Notes under the pieces: model-generated | What the model was told of the DNA's origin: nothing | The model's database searches: none | Seen by the model: only the letters and a program-made list of their open reading frames with translations | Made by a program: the position numbers and the translations under genes | From: Pseudomonadota bacterium | GTDB taxonomy: Bacteria > Bdellovibrionota_B > Oligoflexia > Oligoflexales > CAIMVM01 | Assembly (NCBI GenBank): GCA_037142195.1 | Contig: JBAXBA010000004.1 | Location: forward strand, 22,911-86,910 | Direction of reading: 5' to 3' | Length of the DNA: 64,000 nt | Shown: positions 1 to 9,926 of the stretch, piece by piece | Layout of the letters: every line of letters begins with the position of its first letter | Position numbering within the stretch: the first letter of the stretch is position 1

Positions 1-80
1 AACAAAAGCTACTCTATATGGGTTTTGTTTGGGATTTTAAATATAGCTTTGCTTTCATAGTAGTCTCTAAAAAGTAGAGA

Positions 81-590
81 CTATTTTTTATCGGGAGAAA
101 GCGCATATTTCCAAAGTAGGCTTTGAGCGGAAATAAAATCTTCATTTATGGTTCTAAATATTTCCGCAAGATAGGCGGTAGTTCTCCTGTAGAACTTTAA
201 CTCTAACTGAGTGCCACCTTCTTTTAGGAAGGCGTCAAAAAAGCTACTCTTGATTTCAAACACCTCAATATCTGAATCAGCGACCACAGTCGCTGATCTA
301 GGGGCATTGTCAATGAGTGAAATTTCCCCAAATGACTGTCCGACATCGAGATGGGCAATTCGAGAAAGATGTTCCGTTTTTTTATTGTTCTTAAAAATAG
401 AGGCAGCGCCGGAGATAATAATATAAAGGCCCCGCTGGGATTCTCCCTCCACACAGATTGTGGTGTCGCTTTTAAAGAAATGGATAGTCCCGCCTTCGGC
501 TAATTTGGCGATTTCCGTATTGCTGAATTCCGAAAAGATAGACACCGCTTTTAGCTTTTCTGCAATGTCTTCGTAATCATACTTTGCCAT
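81..590 (-). CDS. Stand-alone cyclic nucleotide-binding (cNMP) domain protein
   Basis: 169 aa; cNMP motifs 'GLYIIISG', 'GQSFGEISLIDNAPRSATVVA'; no HTH; starts 3 nt after the cbs stop. Confidence 0.85.
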   Translation of the reverse strand: MAKYDYEDIAEKLKAVSIFSEFSNTEIAKLAEGGTIHFFKSDTTICVEGESQRGLYIIISGAASIFKNNKKTEHLSRIAHLDVGQSFGEISLIDNAPRSATVVADSDIEVFEIKSSFFDAFLKEGGTQLELKFYRRTTAYLAEIFRTINEDFISAQSLLWKYALSPDKK

Positions 591-593
591 CTG

Positions 594-1952
594 CTAGCGA
601 CCCTTCAAGTTGGAAATCCATTCTACCAAATCAATTCTCGTGAGCATCTGCAAGGGACGCATATTCTGATCCACAACGATAGCTGAACCAGCATTGAGTA
701 ACATTTCTTGCAATGTTGCGAGCGGAGTGTCAGCCGTAACACAATTTGCAGTTTTTCTATCCATAATCGTGGCAATAGGACTGTTTTTTGCCTGAGCGCC
801 TGACAGCAAATACTCTAGTACTATATTTTCATTAATAATTCCTACCACACGTCCGTCTTCCAAAACTGGAATCTGGGAATAACCCAAGGATTGCATGGTT
901 TCAATAGCAGTCTGGGCGGAATCTCGAGAATTTAAAGTCACCACTTTTCTAGGCTTGTTGGAAGTCAAATCTTTTACCGTCCCAGATATCTCTTCAATGG
1001 TTGTAAACCTATTTTCAATCATCCACTTGTCTTCAATGAACTTGGACATATAGTTTCTCACGCTGTCAGCAAGAAGAACTACACAGTTTTGGCCCTGCTT
1101 CAATTCTTTAGCTGCAAACAGTGCTGCTGATAGGGCTGCCCCGGAAGAACCCCCACAAAGCAGTCCTTCTTCTTTGATTAGACGGCGAGCTAGCAAAAAA
1201 GACTGTCTGTCTTCCGTCTTAACCCAGCGATCGACTAGCTTTCTATCTAGAACGTCGGGGATAAAGTCATACCCGATGCCTTCTACTTTGTAAGTTCCAA
1301 TTTCATCGTTATCATTGGCTAAAATGGATCCTACAGGGTCTGCTCCGACGATCACACATTTAGGATTTACTTCCTTAATCTTTCTAGCGACGCCGGTGAT
1401 TGTGCCACCCGTACCTGCAGCAATAACCACCATGTCAACCTTGCCGTTTAGGTCCTCTAGGATTTCTGTGGCGGTGCTCGCATAGTGAGCATTGGGGTTT
1501 TCGGGATTTCCATATTGGTCTAGGATGTGAGCATTAGGAAGCTCCTTTTGAAGGCGCTTCGCAATTTCGATATGACTTTCAGGCGCATCCCAAGCAGCTT
1601 CGGTCGGGGTTCTGATAATTCTTGCGCCGAGAGCCTCAAGAACGACCTGCTTCTCACGGCTCATTTTTTCTGGCATGGTTATGATAACTTTGTAACCTTT
1701 GACAGCTCCCGCGAGAGCGATGCCGATTCCCGTATTGCCGGAAGTGGGCTCAATAAGTGTGTCACCGGGTTTAATACGACCAGAAGCTTCGGCTTTTTCA
1801 AGCATATTGAATGCAATTCGATCTTTTACCGAACCGCCAGGATTAAAAAACTCACATTTTGCGTAAAGATTGCAGCTCAGTTGGCTAGCCACTCGGTTGA
1901 GTCTTACAAGGGGGGTTTTGCCTACTGCTTCTATAATATTGTTGTAAAGCAT
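594..1952 (-). CDS. cbs: Cystathionine beta-synthase (PLP domain plus C-terminal CBS pair)
   Basis: 'KCEFFNPGGSVKDR', 'EPTSGNTGIG', 'GTGGTITG', 'YKVEGIGYDFIP', C-terminal CBS domains; AGGAG RBS. Confidence 0.9.
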   Translation of the reverse strand: MLYNNIIEAVGKTPLVRLNRVASQLSCNLYAKCEFFNPGGSVKDRIAFNMLEKAEASGRIKPGDTLIEPTSGNTGIGIALAGAVKGYKVIITMPEKMSREKQVVLEALGARIIRTPTEAAWDAPESHIEIAKRLQKELPNAHILDQYGNPENPNAHYASTATEILEDLNGKVDMVVIAAGTGGTITGVARKIKEVNPKCVIVGADPVGSILANDNDEIGTYKVEGIGYDFIPDVLDRKLVDRWVKTEDRQSFLLARRLIKEEGLLCGGSSGAALSAALFAAKELKQGQNCVVLLADSVRNYMSKFIEDKWMIENRFTTIEEISGTVKDLTSNKPRKVVTLNSRDSAQTAIETMQSLGYSQIPVLEDGRVVGIINENIVLEYLLSGAQAKNSPIATIMDRKTANCVTADTPLATLQEMLLNAGSAIVVDQNMRPLQMLTRIDLVEWISNLKGR

Positions 1953-2153
1953 GAATTCTCCTAGGGGGGGGGCTTAGCACCCCATTATGTAGATTAGTTG
2001 TTTTAAGTGCAAGTCAAACGAAGAGCCGGGATGAAGTTCAATGCCAAATCAGATGAGGAACTCGGCTAAAACTGCCTAAACCTGCTGGTTGACCTGGTTT
2101 GCATGAGAATGAAACAATAAGAGTTGTCTATCAGTAAATCAATTTGGCGGTTT

Positions 2154-3227
2154 ATGCTTTTCACTAATAGAAACATGATTGCGATTGATTTGGGCAGTTC
2201 CAGCATTAAAATGCTTGAACTATCAGGATCGCGTGAAAAAAAGATCGTAGCGCTCGGCTTAAAGACCATTCCCGAGGGTCTCATCGTCGGCGGCGGTATT
2301 GAAAATCCGACCGAAGTGGGACAAATTATTTCCGCTTTAGCGAAGCAGCTGGGGATTCGATTAAAAGGCAGGCGAGCGGCGATTTCTATTGGCGGAACGA
2401 GCGTTATTATTAGAAGACTTCTGTTAGACGACGCTTCGGATATCGTCAACGTCGACGATCTCGTAAAGAGTGATTTTGAGCAGCAATTTCAGCTCGGCAT
2501 TGAAGATCTTTGCACCAATTTTTACGTGGATTCCGAGAATAAGTACCCGGACGGAAAGATGCCCGTAGTAACGGCAGCTACCAAACAAGTGACAGTTCAA
2601 AAACATATAGCGGCCATTAAATCCAGTGGCCTTAAAATTGGACTTATAGATTGTTCTGCACTGGCTCTCGTAAACGTTCTTGAATATACCTATGGCAAAG
2701 TGCCAGGTCTTTCCGTAATCATTAGCGTGGGCGCGCAATCCACTCAGCTCGTCTTTACGTTGTTTGGCCAATACTACTACAATCGAGATATCCCTTACGG
2801 TGGCAATCATTACACCGAAGAGATCGCCAGATTTTTGAAAATAGATAAAACCAAAGCAGATAGCTTAAAAATTAGTGCCAATTCAAGTCATGGGGAGACC
2901 CCAGCAGAACTTATTAAGATTTTCTCAGAGGTCAACGCACAAGTTATTTTCGAAATCGGTGGTACCATTGACTTCTTTTTCTCATCAAATGAACTTCCTC
3001 CTGAGGTTAGCTCGGTTCAGTCGTTCTTTATAACAGGAGGAGGCAGTCATGTCCTGGGCTTAGATGCTGCCATCGCTTCAAAATTTGGTGTTTCCGTTAG
3101 CATTTTAGCTCCCTTTCACAAGGTAGATTCCGGGAAGTTTGAGATGGACTATGTTTTGTCGCAAGGACATTTCTACGCAAATGCAGTGGGTTTGGCTCTT
3201 CGCAAATTTGAAGATGATTTGGAGTGA
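2154..3227 (+). CDS. pilM: Type IV pilus assembly protein PilM (actin-like)
   Basis: 'IAIDLGSSSIK', 'YGGNHYT', 'ITGGGS', 'AVGLALR'; first gene of pilMNOPQ; ATG 2154 preferred over TTG 2124. Confidence 0.88.
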   Translation: MLFTNRNMIAIDLGSSSIKMLELSGSREKKIVALGLKTIPEGLIVGGGIENPTEVGQIISALAKQLGIRLKGRRAAISIGGTSVIIRRLLLDDASDIVNVDDLVKSDFEQQFQLGIEDLCTNFYVDSENKYPDGKMPVVTAATKQVTVQKHIAAIKSSGLKIGLIDCSALALVNVLEYTYGKVPGLSVIISVGAQSTQLVFTLFGQYYYNRDIPYGGNHYTEEIARFLKIDKTKADSLKISANSSHGETPAELIKIFSEVNAQVIFEIGGTIDFFFSSNELPPEVSSVQSFFITGGGSHVLGLDAAIASKFGVSVSILAPFHKVDSGKFEMDYVLSQGHFYANAVGLALRKFEDDLE

Positions 3228-3233
3228 TCATTC

Positions 3234-3887
3234 ATGATTAAAATACAGCTCGCGCCTTATGATGAATTGGAGGACAAAAACTGGTGGGTTCCCGACGCCA
3301 TTGCTTTAGTGCTTGCCTTGTTTCTTTCTAATTTTCTAGTAAGTAGTTATGTAGAGCGTCTTGAAAGTGAAATCGTAGAAATCCAAGCTCAAACCGAAGA
3401 GTTTAAAAGAAGTATTGCTGCTATTCAGCCGGAGATAGCTGTTTTTAAGGGTATCGAAGCTAAGATATCAGAATTGAAGTCGGTGATTTCAGCACTTTCG
3501 TCCATTACGGTATCTAGGCTCACAAAATATCGTCCGGTAGTTGTCCTAGAGCAAATTCAAGCATTGAAGCCTGACGGTCTTTGGTTTACTTCGCTAAAAG
3601 AGGATACTATAGGGCGGAAAATTACGATTTCTGGATTTGCCTTTGACTCCATACTCATCGGACAATTTATGTCGGAGCTCGGAGCCACCAAACTCCAAAG
3701 ATTTGATCCGACAGATATACGTTCCCAAATTAATTTTTCACAAGTGAAATTAAAGATATTTGAAAATAGTAAATCAGGAAGCGTCTTAGACGAAATCCAA
3801 CCAAATGGATTTTCTAAGTTCGATATATATATGAATTTTGAGGAACGTACAGCTGAAAGCATAGCAGATTCCACGGTTTCTCATTGA
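3234..3887 (+). CDS. pilN: Type IV pilus assembly protein PilN
   Basis: N-terminal 'MIKIQL' (INLLP-like), TM helix, coiled coil, 'PDGLWFTSL'; synteny. Confidence 0.8.
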   Translation: MIKIQLAPYDELEDKNWWVPDAIALVLALFLSNFLVSSYVERLESEIVEIQAQTEEFKRSIAAIQPEIAVFKGIEAKISELKSVISALSSITVSRLTKYRPVVVLEQIQALKPDGLWFTSLKEDTIGRKITISGFAFDSILIGQFMSELGATKLQRFDPTDIRSQINFSQVKLKIFENSKSGSVLDEIQPNGFSKFDIYMNFEERTAESIADSTVSH

Positions 3888-3897
3888 AGGAAAAGTC

Positions 3898-4704
3898 ATG
3901 CAACTTGAAGAGCTAGTCATCAATTATAAAAGAAGAAAGCCCGGGCAAAGGCTAGCGGCAGTGATTGGTGTCGGTCTTCTTTTGCCTGCGCTCTGGGGGT
4001 GGATCAGCACAGATATTGGAGCCATTGAAGGTAACAAAACTCAGGCTACTTCGGAGAAAACTGCTTCTGAATCTGAGCTGCAAAAATTTATTGAACAAAA
4101 AAAGGATGCGCCGCGCTTAGAGGAGCGACTGAAGTTTACAGAAAATGAAATGGCTGACGCCAAAAAACGCCTGCCCAGTGAGTATTTTATCGATTTAATG
4201 ATTCAAAAACTGGGCGTATTGGCGAATAAGGCTAAGGTTTCATTAAAACTTTTCAACCCAGGTGAAGAGGCTGTCGTTCAGGGGCAAGTGCCTTATGTGG
4301 AAATGCCCATTAAGGTAAAAGTTTCGGGCGGATATAATGAAATCGCGCAGTTTTATGACGCAATTGTTCATTTTGATTCCATGATTCATATCCGAAACAT
4401 GGAATTCAATAGTGCCACCGTCCAAGGTGAAGTGACAGGCCCAAGCTCCCGGTCGGGTGAGCAAAATCTCGATGTCAGCCAAAAGTTTGAAAAGGAGGTC
4501 AGAAATCATCAAGTTGAGGCTTCGATGCAATTGGTTCTATTTCGAAGTATGAAGCCAGACGAGTCATTTGCTGACCATGCTAAAGATGGTGCTCCTCCGC
4601 CACCTGCTGATCCTTCGAAGCCGGGAAGCAAAAAGTCTGGCGCTGCCACACCACCACCGCCGCCAATGCCTCCAGGAAAACAGATTAAAGATGGGGGCGA
4701 GTGA
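3898..4704 (+). CDS. pilO: Type IV pilus assembly protein PilO with Pro-rich C-terminal tail
   Basis: TM plus coiled coil, 'KRLP', 'YVEMPIKVKVSGGYNEIAQF'; synteny. Confidence 0.85.
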   Translation: MQLEELVINYKRRKPGQRLAAVIGVGLLLPALWGWISTDIGAIEGNKTQATSEKTASESELQKFIEQKKDAPRLEERLKFTENEMADAKKRLPSEYFIDLMIQKLGVLANKAKVSLKLFNPGEEAVVQGQVPYVEMPIKVKVSGGYNEIAQFYDAIVHFDSMIHIRNMEFNSATVQGEVTGPSSRSGEQNLDVSQKFEKEVRNHQVEASMQLVLFRSMKPDESFADHAKDGAPPPPADPSKPGSKKSGAATPPPPPMPPGKQIKDGGE

Positions 4705-4707
4705 TCC

Positions 4708-5757
4708 ATGAAAATTAAGAAATTTGGCCTAGCACTAACTCTATTAATATTGATCTATTCGCGCGCTAAAGGGGAGGGTCATCCTGACCATCCAGAGATC
4801 GTGGCAGAGTCTAAAGAGAAAGGCTCTAAGGAGATACCATCAGAAGATCCACAAATGCCCGTTTCTGAGCAAGAGACTGAGAAACCTTCACAGACGCCTT
4901 CTGATTCTAGCAAGGAAGCTAATGGCCAAGTTGGAAAGACAGACCAAGCAAATTTAGGTGCAGAAAATACGTCGGAACAAGCTTGGGATAGCTCGATTGG
5001 CCATGAGGATGCAGGTCGAATTGCCTTGGATGTAACCAACGGGATTAGGATTAAAGATATCGTTCAGCCTTCTGCTGAATATCACTTTGCGTCATTTGGT
5101 AGGCCAGACCCGTTCGTACCTCAAATCCGGCTCAATCGAAAGGATTCCAAGAATTTGAAAGAGTCCGACCCTGGATATGAGGAAATTCAGGTGACTTCCA
5201 TTCTCCAGAAATATTCTATCACTGATCTTGTGGTAGTCGGCATTTGGAGTCCAAAAAATGCTGCTAAAAAGGCATTAGTGAGCACACCAAGCGGGGAGGG
5301 AGTTGTTGTGCAGATGGGCGACTCAATTGGAATGAAAGCTGGTAAGGTCATCGCTATTTCAGATACTTTTGTTTCGGTGCGAGAGTTTGAAATTTCCTTT
5401 GATGGCACCCGACAATTTCAGGATCAAAAACTTTGGATTACTGGTAAGAAGCCAAAAGAGAATGAGTTTATTAGATTAGGTGCTCAGGAACAAACCAAAG
5501 AAAAAAGTGATGGAGTCGAGCCTCAGCGTCCGGTAACGCCGATCGGTTCAGCTTCAAACCCTCAGTTTCCACCTCTTCCCCCGTCTTCTTCTACAGGAGG
5601 AGCCATGAACCCCCAGAGTATGCCGTCGACTTATACGCGTCAGATTTCCGGAGACACCGTTGGGAAACCCTCAGCTAGCAATATGATAGCACCGCCTAAT
5701 ATATTGAATGAAAAAACCTTGTTGCCGCCTGCAAGCATGACTGGAGCCGAACTGTAG
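4708..5757 (+). CDS. pilP: Type IV pilus assembly protein PilP with long disordered flanks
   Basis: 'GRPDPFVP', 'LQKYSITDLVVVGIW', 'ALVSTPSG', 'GDSIG..AGKVIAI'; synteny. Confidence 0.82.
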   Translation: MKIKKFGLALTLLILIYSRAKGEGHPDHPEIVAESKEKGSKEIPSEDPQMPVSEQETEKPSQTPSDSSKEANGQVGKTDQANLGAENTSEQAWDSSIGHEDAGRIALDVTNGIRIKDIVQPSAEYHFASFGRPDPFVPQIRLNRKDSKNLKESDPGYEEIQVTSILQKYSITDLVVVGIWSPKNAAKKALVSTPSGEGVVVQMGDSIGMKAGKVIAISDTFVSVREFEISFDGTRQFQDQKLWITGKKPKENEFIRLGAQEQTKEKSDGVEPQRPVTPIGSASNPQFPPLPPSSSTGGAMNPQSMPSTYTRQISGDTVGKPSASNMIAPPNILNEKTLLPPASMTGAEL

Positions 5758-5782
5758 TTAGCCTTTTTTTGAGGATGTCGTT

Positions 5783-8700
5783 ATGAAACATGTATTAAAA
5801 TCTGTTGGGATCAGTCTCATGGGCCTAGTGTTGGGGTGCTCCTCAGCGAAGCCGCAGGAAGGTCAAGAAGATATCTCTAATAGTCAGGCAAACCAGAGTA
5901 ACGCCGCCTTAGATGATGAAACTTCTGATGTGGATTCTGCTTCGAATGTTAATGGAGAGACCACCGACTTTGGTTCCGAAAATCAATTTTCAGGTAATGC
6001 GCCTAAGAACATCTCAAATGGAAATAAGAATATATCGAAGAATTTTAATTCCTTTGGGGGAGAGCCAAATCTCATCACAAACTCCACATCCAATTCGGCA
6101 ATCCCCTCTAACATGCCCATGACGAGTAACTCAGTCACACTAAATGCTGCGAGCGGACTCAATTCAGCTATAAATAGCTCGATAAATAGCTCGATCTCGA
6201 GCAACTTAACTGTGTCTGCTAATGCTGCAACTCCAAATGCAAGCATGCCAGTGCCTACGGCTCCCACGATAAAGGAGCAGGTCGTACCCCCAAAAAGTGA
6301 AACTACTGTAGTAAATGCTGGGCCGAGATTGACTTGGGTTGGTTTTGATTATCGACCTTTAGACGCACAAGTTAGAGTAGAGATCGTCTCTGAAGGCGTT
6401 CCCGAGTACGACGTGCTACAAGAAGTGAACAAGAAGCAGCAACCTGAACTGGTTGTGAGACTCTACAAGACTACTTTAAAGAAGAAAGTCAGGCGTGATA
6501 TCGACTGTTCAGAGTTTAAGAGCCCCGTTTCTTTCATTAGAATGAGAGAAGACTTAGAGAAATCATACACTGATGTGGTGATGACCCTCAGAGACAAAGT
6601 AGTGCCACGACTTTTTGCTGATAAAGGCAACATACTTATCACGTTTTCCATTCCCCAGCGCTATTTTGGAAACTCTGCGATAGGGATGTCTGCAGAGTCG
6701 AGGGGAAGTTTCCTTTCAGGATTTAGAGTTCAGCCCATTATCCAATCGGGTTCGAAACAGCCTTTAAAGGCATCAAAAATTCCAGATCCCACCAAAGGAG
6801 CTTTTAGTCAAGCGCCGGCCCTTGGCGGAGATCCTCTGCAAGCTGAGTCTATCGCTCCGTCTGCGCCTTCTGAAGCATCTCAGGTTGCCCCAGAAGCAGC
6901 AGTGCCCATGGCTGAGTCGACATCCAATCCCTCTCAGAGTGCCAACAGTCAACTACCGGCAAATGCAGCAATTTCTAATACCGGAGCTTCAGGGCTTAAC
7001 GGAAGTAACTTCGGGGACATGGACGGCGGTAATGTTAAGTTGGAGAATCAGCATGCCCAGGCGGCCAACGAATATCCTACTCTTCAGGGCGCTGAAAGTG
7101 AGAATCTTGACGGGACCCAGAATGAGGGCCTGAACAATAGTCCTGAGAACATTCCAGATGAAGAAGAACAGCTAGATGATACAGGCAATGACTTTTCCCT
7201 TCAAAAGAGTTTAGAACTTCCAACCCTATTATTTGAGTACCAAATTGCTGCTGTGGGGAACGATGGGTATGCCCTAGACGAAGATTTGGATGCTGTTTCT
7301 CCTAAGAATTCTTCCAATGGGGCGACAGGTGCCCAGACACCATTTCCGCAAAATGCAGCGGGCGGTAATGGCGGAGCAATAAATAGCATGACCCCAAACA
7401 GTGCGGTCAGCAACGGAACGAATTCAAAAATGAGTTTGAACGGTAATGCGGCAACTGGCATGTACCTTAATGGTTCCAATCAAATGAAAACTTCAGGAGC
7501 GGTTACAAATGCAGCTCCTCTAGCACCTAATGCAAGCGTAAATTCTGCAAGCCTAGCACCGATAAATACGGCCGGCGCTGATTCTGAGTTCGTGGATCTT
7601 ACTGGTCCGGATACAATGGGTGCAGAAAGTGTTGCGGGAGCAGAGAAGTCAAGTGGTGGCCAAGTAACTCGCCCCGTAAAGTTAGAATTTACGGGAGCTA
7701 GACTTTCTGACGTCTTAAAAGTTTTGTCTGAGGAAAATGGAACCAACTTTATTTTTACCGATGAAGCCGTAAAAGACTTAAAAGTGAATGTAAGTTTAAA
7801 AGATGTGAGCTGGACAGATGCTTTAGGTGCCATCCTTGACACTTACGGTTTAGGCTACTCTCAGCTTCCAGGAAATGTTGTAAGAATCGACAAGTTTGCC
7901 AATCTCAAGGGTCAAAAAATCGACATTATGGCAGCCAAAGTCGAAGCACTCAAACTACAAAGAACCCGGCAAATGGTCTACAAATTGTCCTTCGCAAAAT
8001 CTGCAGATATTGAAAAATCAATCACGCGTCTCATTGATACGGGACTTGATCCCAGAATGAAAATCACAGGGGATACGAGAACAAATACGGTTGTCATAGA
8101 GGCTGTGCCTGAGCTTCTCTCCAAATTTAAGTCTATTATTGAAAAGCTCGACACGCCGACCCCTCAGGTCCGAATAGCCGTAAAAGTTGTTGAAGCGTCG
8201 GAATCCTTTAACTATGATTTCGGTGTGAAGTGGGGGACAAACTTACTATTAGACTCTGCTCGCGGTCTTGGATTTGGTTCATTGCCCTTTCCCAAGACAG
8301 CAACTTCAAGCGTAGCCATCGATGTTCCATCTGCCAAAGCACCCACAGCTCAAATAGGTGCACGTCTAGGTAGTTTGAACAATGCCGTTAATTTGGATGC
8401 CGTCATAGCTTTTTCCGAGGCTAAGCAGAATGCTAAGATTTTGCAAAACACAAGCGTACTCGTCCTTGATCAGCAACCCGCTTTAATCCAGCAGGGCCTC
8501 ACGGACTACTTTGATGCAGTAGATAATAGCTCAGCAACTACCTCCACGGAGCGAAAGTCGTCTCCCGTAAGTATCCAATACAATCTGACCCTAAATGTTA
8601 CCCCCTCAGTTTCAGCTGATGGTTCAGTGGGGATGAATGTGAAGTTAAATGCCGACACACCGGTCACAGGTAAAGCCAAGACTGCGGTTGCAGGTATGGC

Positions 8701-9253
8701 CAATAAGAAGCTAGAAACTTGGATGCTCAAAAAAAGCGGAGAAACTGCCGTAATTGGTGGTGTCTATACAACTCGAAAAGAAGAAGTTGTCAAGGCTGTT
8801 CCATTCTTTTCAAAAATACCCATCATTGGATGGCTTTTTAAAAGTACTGTTCAAGAAATGCAAAAGACAGAACTCATTATTTTTGTGACTCCGACCATTG
8901 TCAATGGAAAGTCAGATGATCGCACTCGTGGTGCAAGTTATGTGGATCTGCCACAAACCAACTCAACCTATGCCGCTCAAGGTTCCCTTGAACCTACCTC
9001 CGCCGTCCATTCGATGGGGGCTGAGGGTTCTGGTTCTCAATTAAACACTGCTGCTACCAATTCAGCCCAAGCCAATTCAGCCCAAGCCAATTCAGCCCAA
9101 GCGAATGCCAGCGCAAACTCTTCGCAGAGTCAAGGAGCTAACCCGCAAGGGCTGGAAAACCCGATTAATAGTTCCAGTGAAAGCAATTCCACAAATAATG
9201 CGACCGATAATTCGACCAATAGTTCGGGCGGCAACGGAGAGGAGCAGCTATGA
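5783..9253 (+). CDS. pilQ: Type IV pilus secretin PilQ, unusually long, with lipobox and low-complexity linkers
   Basis: Secretin motifs 'LDTPTPQVRI', 'LNVTPSV', 'GETAVIGG', 'VPFFSKIPIIGWLFK', 'TELIIFVTPTI'; N-terminal 'LVLGC'. Confidence 0.9.
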   Translation: MKHVLKSVGISLMGLVLGCSSAKPQEGQEDISNSQANQSNAALDDETSDVDSASNVNGETTDFGSENQFSGNAPKNISNGNKNISKNFNSFGGEPNLITNSTSNSAIPSNMPMTSNSVTLNAASGLNSAINSSINSSISSNLTVSANAATPNASMPVPTAPTIKEQVVPPKSETTVVNAGPRLTWVGFDYRPLDAQVRVEIVSEGVPEYDVLQEVNKKQQPELVVRLYKTTLKKKVRRDIDCSEFKSPVSFIRMREDLEKSYTDVVMTLRDKVVPRLFADKGNILITFSIPQRYFGNSAIGMSAESRGSFLSGFRVQPIIQSGSKQPLKASKIPDPTKGAFSQAPALGGDPLQAESIAPSAPSEASQVAPEAAVPMAESTSNPSQSANSQLPANAAISNTGASGLNGSNFGDMDGGNVKLENQHAQAANEYPTLQGAESENLDGTQNEGLNNSPENIPDEEEQLDDTGNDFSLQKSLELPTLLFEYQIAAVGNDGYALDEDLDAVSPKNSSNGATGAQTPFPQNAAGGNGGAINSMTPNSAVSNGTNSKMSLNGNAATGMYLNGSNQMKTSGAVTNAAPLAPNASVNSASLAPINTAGADSEFVDLTGPDTMGAESVAGAEKSSGGQVTRPVKLEFTGARLSDVLKVLSEENGTNFIFTDEAVKDLKVNVSLKDVSWTDALGAILDTYGLGYSQLPGNVVRIDKFANLKGQKIDIMAAKVEALKLQRTRQMVYKLSFAKSADIEKSITRLIDTGLDPRMKITGDTRTNTVVIEAVPELLSKFKSIIEKLDTPTPQVRIAVKVVEASESFNYDFGVKWGTNLLLDSARGLGFGSLPFPKTATSSVAIDVPSAKAPTAQIGARLGSLNNAVNLDAVIAFSEAKQNAKILQNTSVLVLDQQPALIQQGLTDYFDAVDNSSATTSTERKSSPVSIQYNLTLNVTPSVSADGSVGMNVKLNADTPVTGKAKTAVAGMANKKLETWMLKKSGETAVIGGVYTTRKEEVVKAVPFFSKIPIIGWLFKSTVQEMQKTELIIFVTPTIVNGKSDDRTRGASYVDLPQTNSTYAAQGSLEPTSAVHSMGAEGSGSQLNTAATNSAQANSAQANSAQANASANSSQSQGANPQGLENPINSSSESNSTNNATDNSTNSSGGNGEEQL
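9057..9101 (+). repeat. Three exact 15-bp tandem copies (CCAATTCAGCCCAAG) encoding NSAQA in the PilQ tail
   Basis: Copies at 9057, 9072 and 9087 read directly. Confidence 0.95.
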
Positions 9254-9888
9254 AAACTTTTTTTCTATATTCCGGCTTAACGTTCCTGGTTTTTGGCTGT
9301 GGAGTGTCTCCGTCAGGAACTCCGGGACAGTGCGCGTTGAAATGTTCCAAAGCCAAGATTGGAGACTCAATTGGAATGAAGGTGACCCCCATCAACATTC
9401 CTGAAAAATTTGTGTGTAGCTCGCAAGGCATTTTTGAACGACCGGTGGTGTTGAGCTTTAAGGTTACCAATTCCGTGCCTGGGTCTTCTTATGGAAAAAA
9501 AGCGGAGGACATGGTTGATGTGGCAGTCGGAGGAGTAAGTTTTTTGGCAGAAACCTCGGGGAGTGTTTTTTCCGTGGAAAAGTCTTCTACGGAAAATGGG
9601 ACGTTTTCAGATGATAAAAAAACTTTCTCCCCCAGTCAATATGCGGGGATTGCAACTCCTATGTCCGAGTGGTGTACAGATGAGTGCGGGGTCCTAACCA
9701 TCCAAGTTTGGCCTCAGTGTCCCCCGGCTGGTATAGATATAAATGGCACCCTTGGTGTTCGCTCCGGGAGTCTGGCGCCTGCAGATCCCGTTGTGATTTC
9801 CGTAAAAACCGAAACACCTACCGCTTTGACGGGCCCTGCTCCTGAAACGGGGTTTGAAAGACCTTTGTCATCCTCTACCTTTCTCTAA
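9250..9888 (+). CDS. Cys-rich hypothetical lipoprotein translationally coupled to pilQ
   Basis: ATGA overlap with the pilQ stop; lipobox 'VFGC'; 'CALKC', 'WCTDECG', 'WPQCP'. Confidence 0.75.
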   Translation: MKTFFLYSGLTFLVFGCGVSPSGTPGQCALKCSKAKIGDSIGMKVTPINIPEKFVCSSQGIFERPVVLSFKVTNSVPGSSYGKKAEDMVDVAVGGVSFLAETSGSVFSVEKSSTENGTFSDDKKTFSPSQYAGIATPMSEWCTDECGVLTIQVWPQCPPAGIDINGTLGVRSGSLAPADPVVISVKTETPTALTGPAPETGFERPLSSSTFL

Positions 9889-9926
9889 AAATCTGGTAGA
9901 ATGGATTCAAATGACATGAGGTTGCG

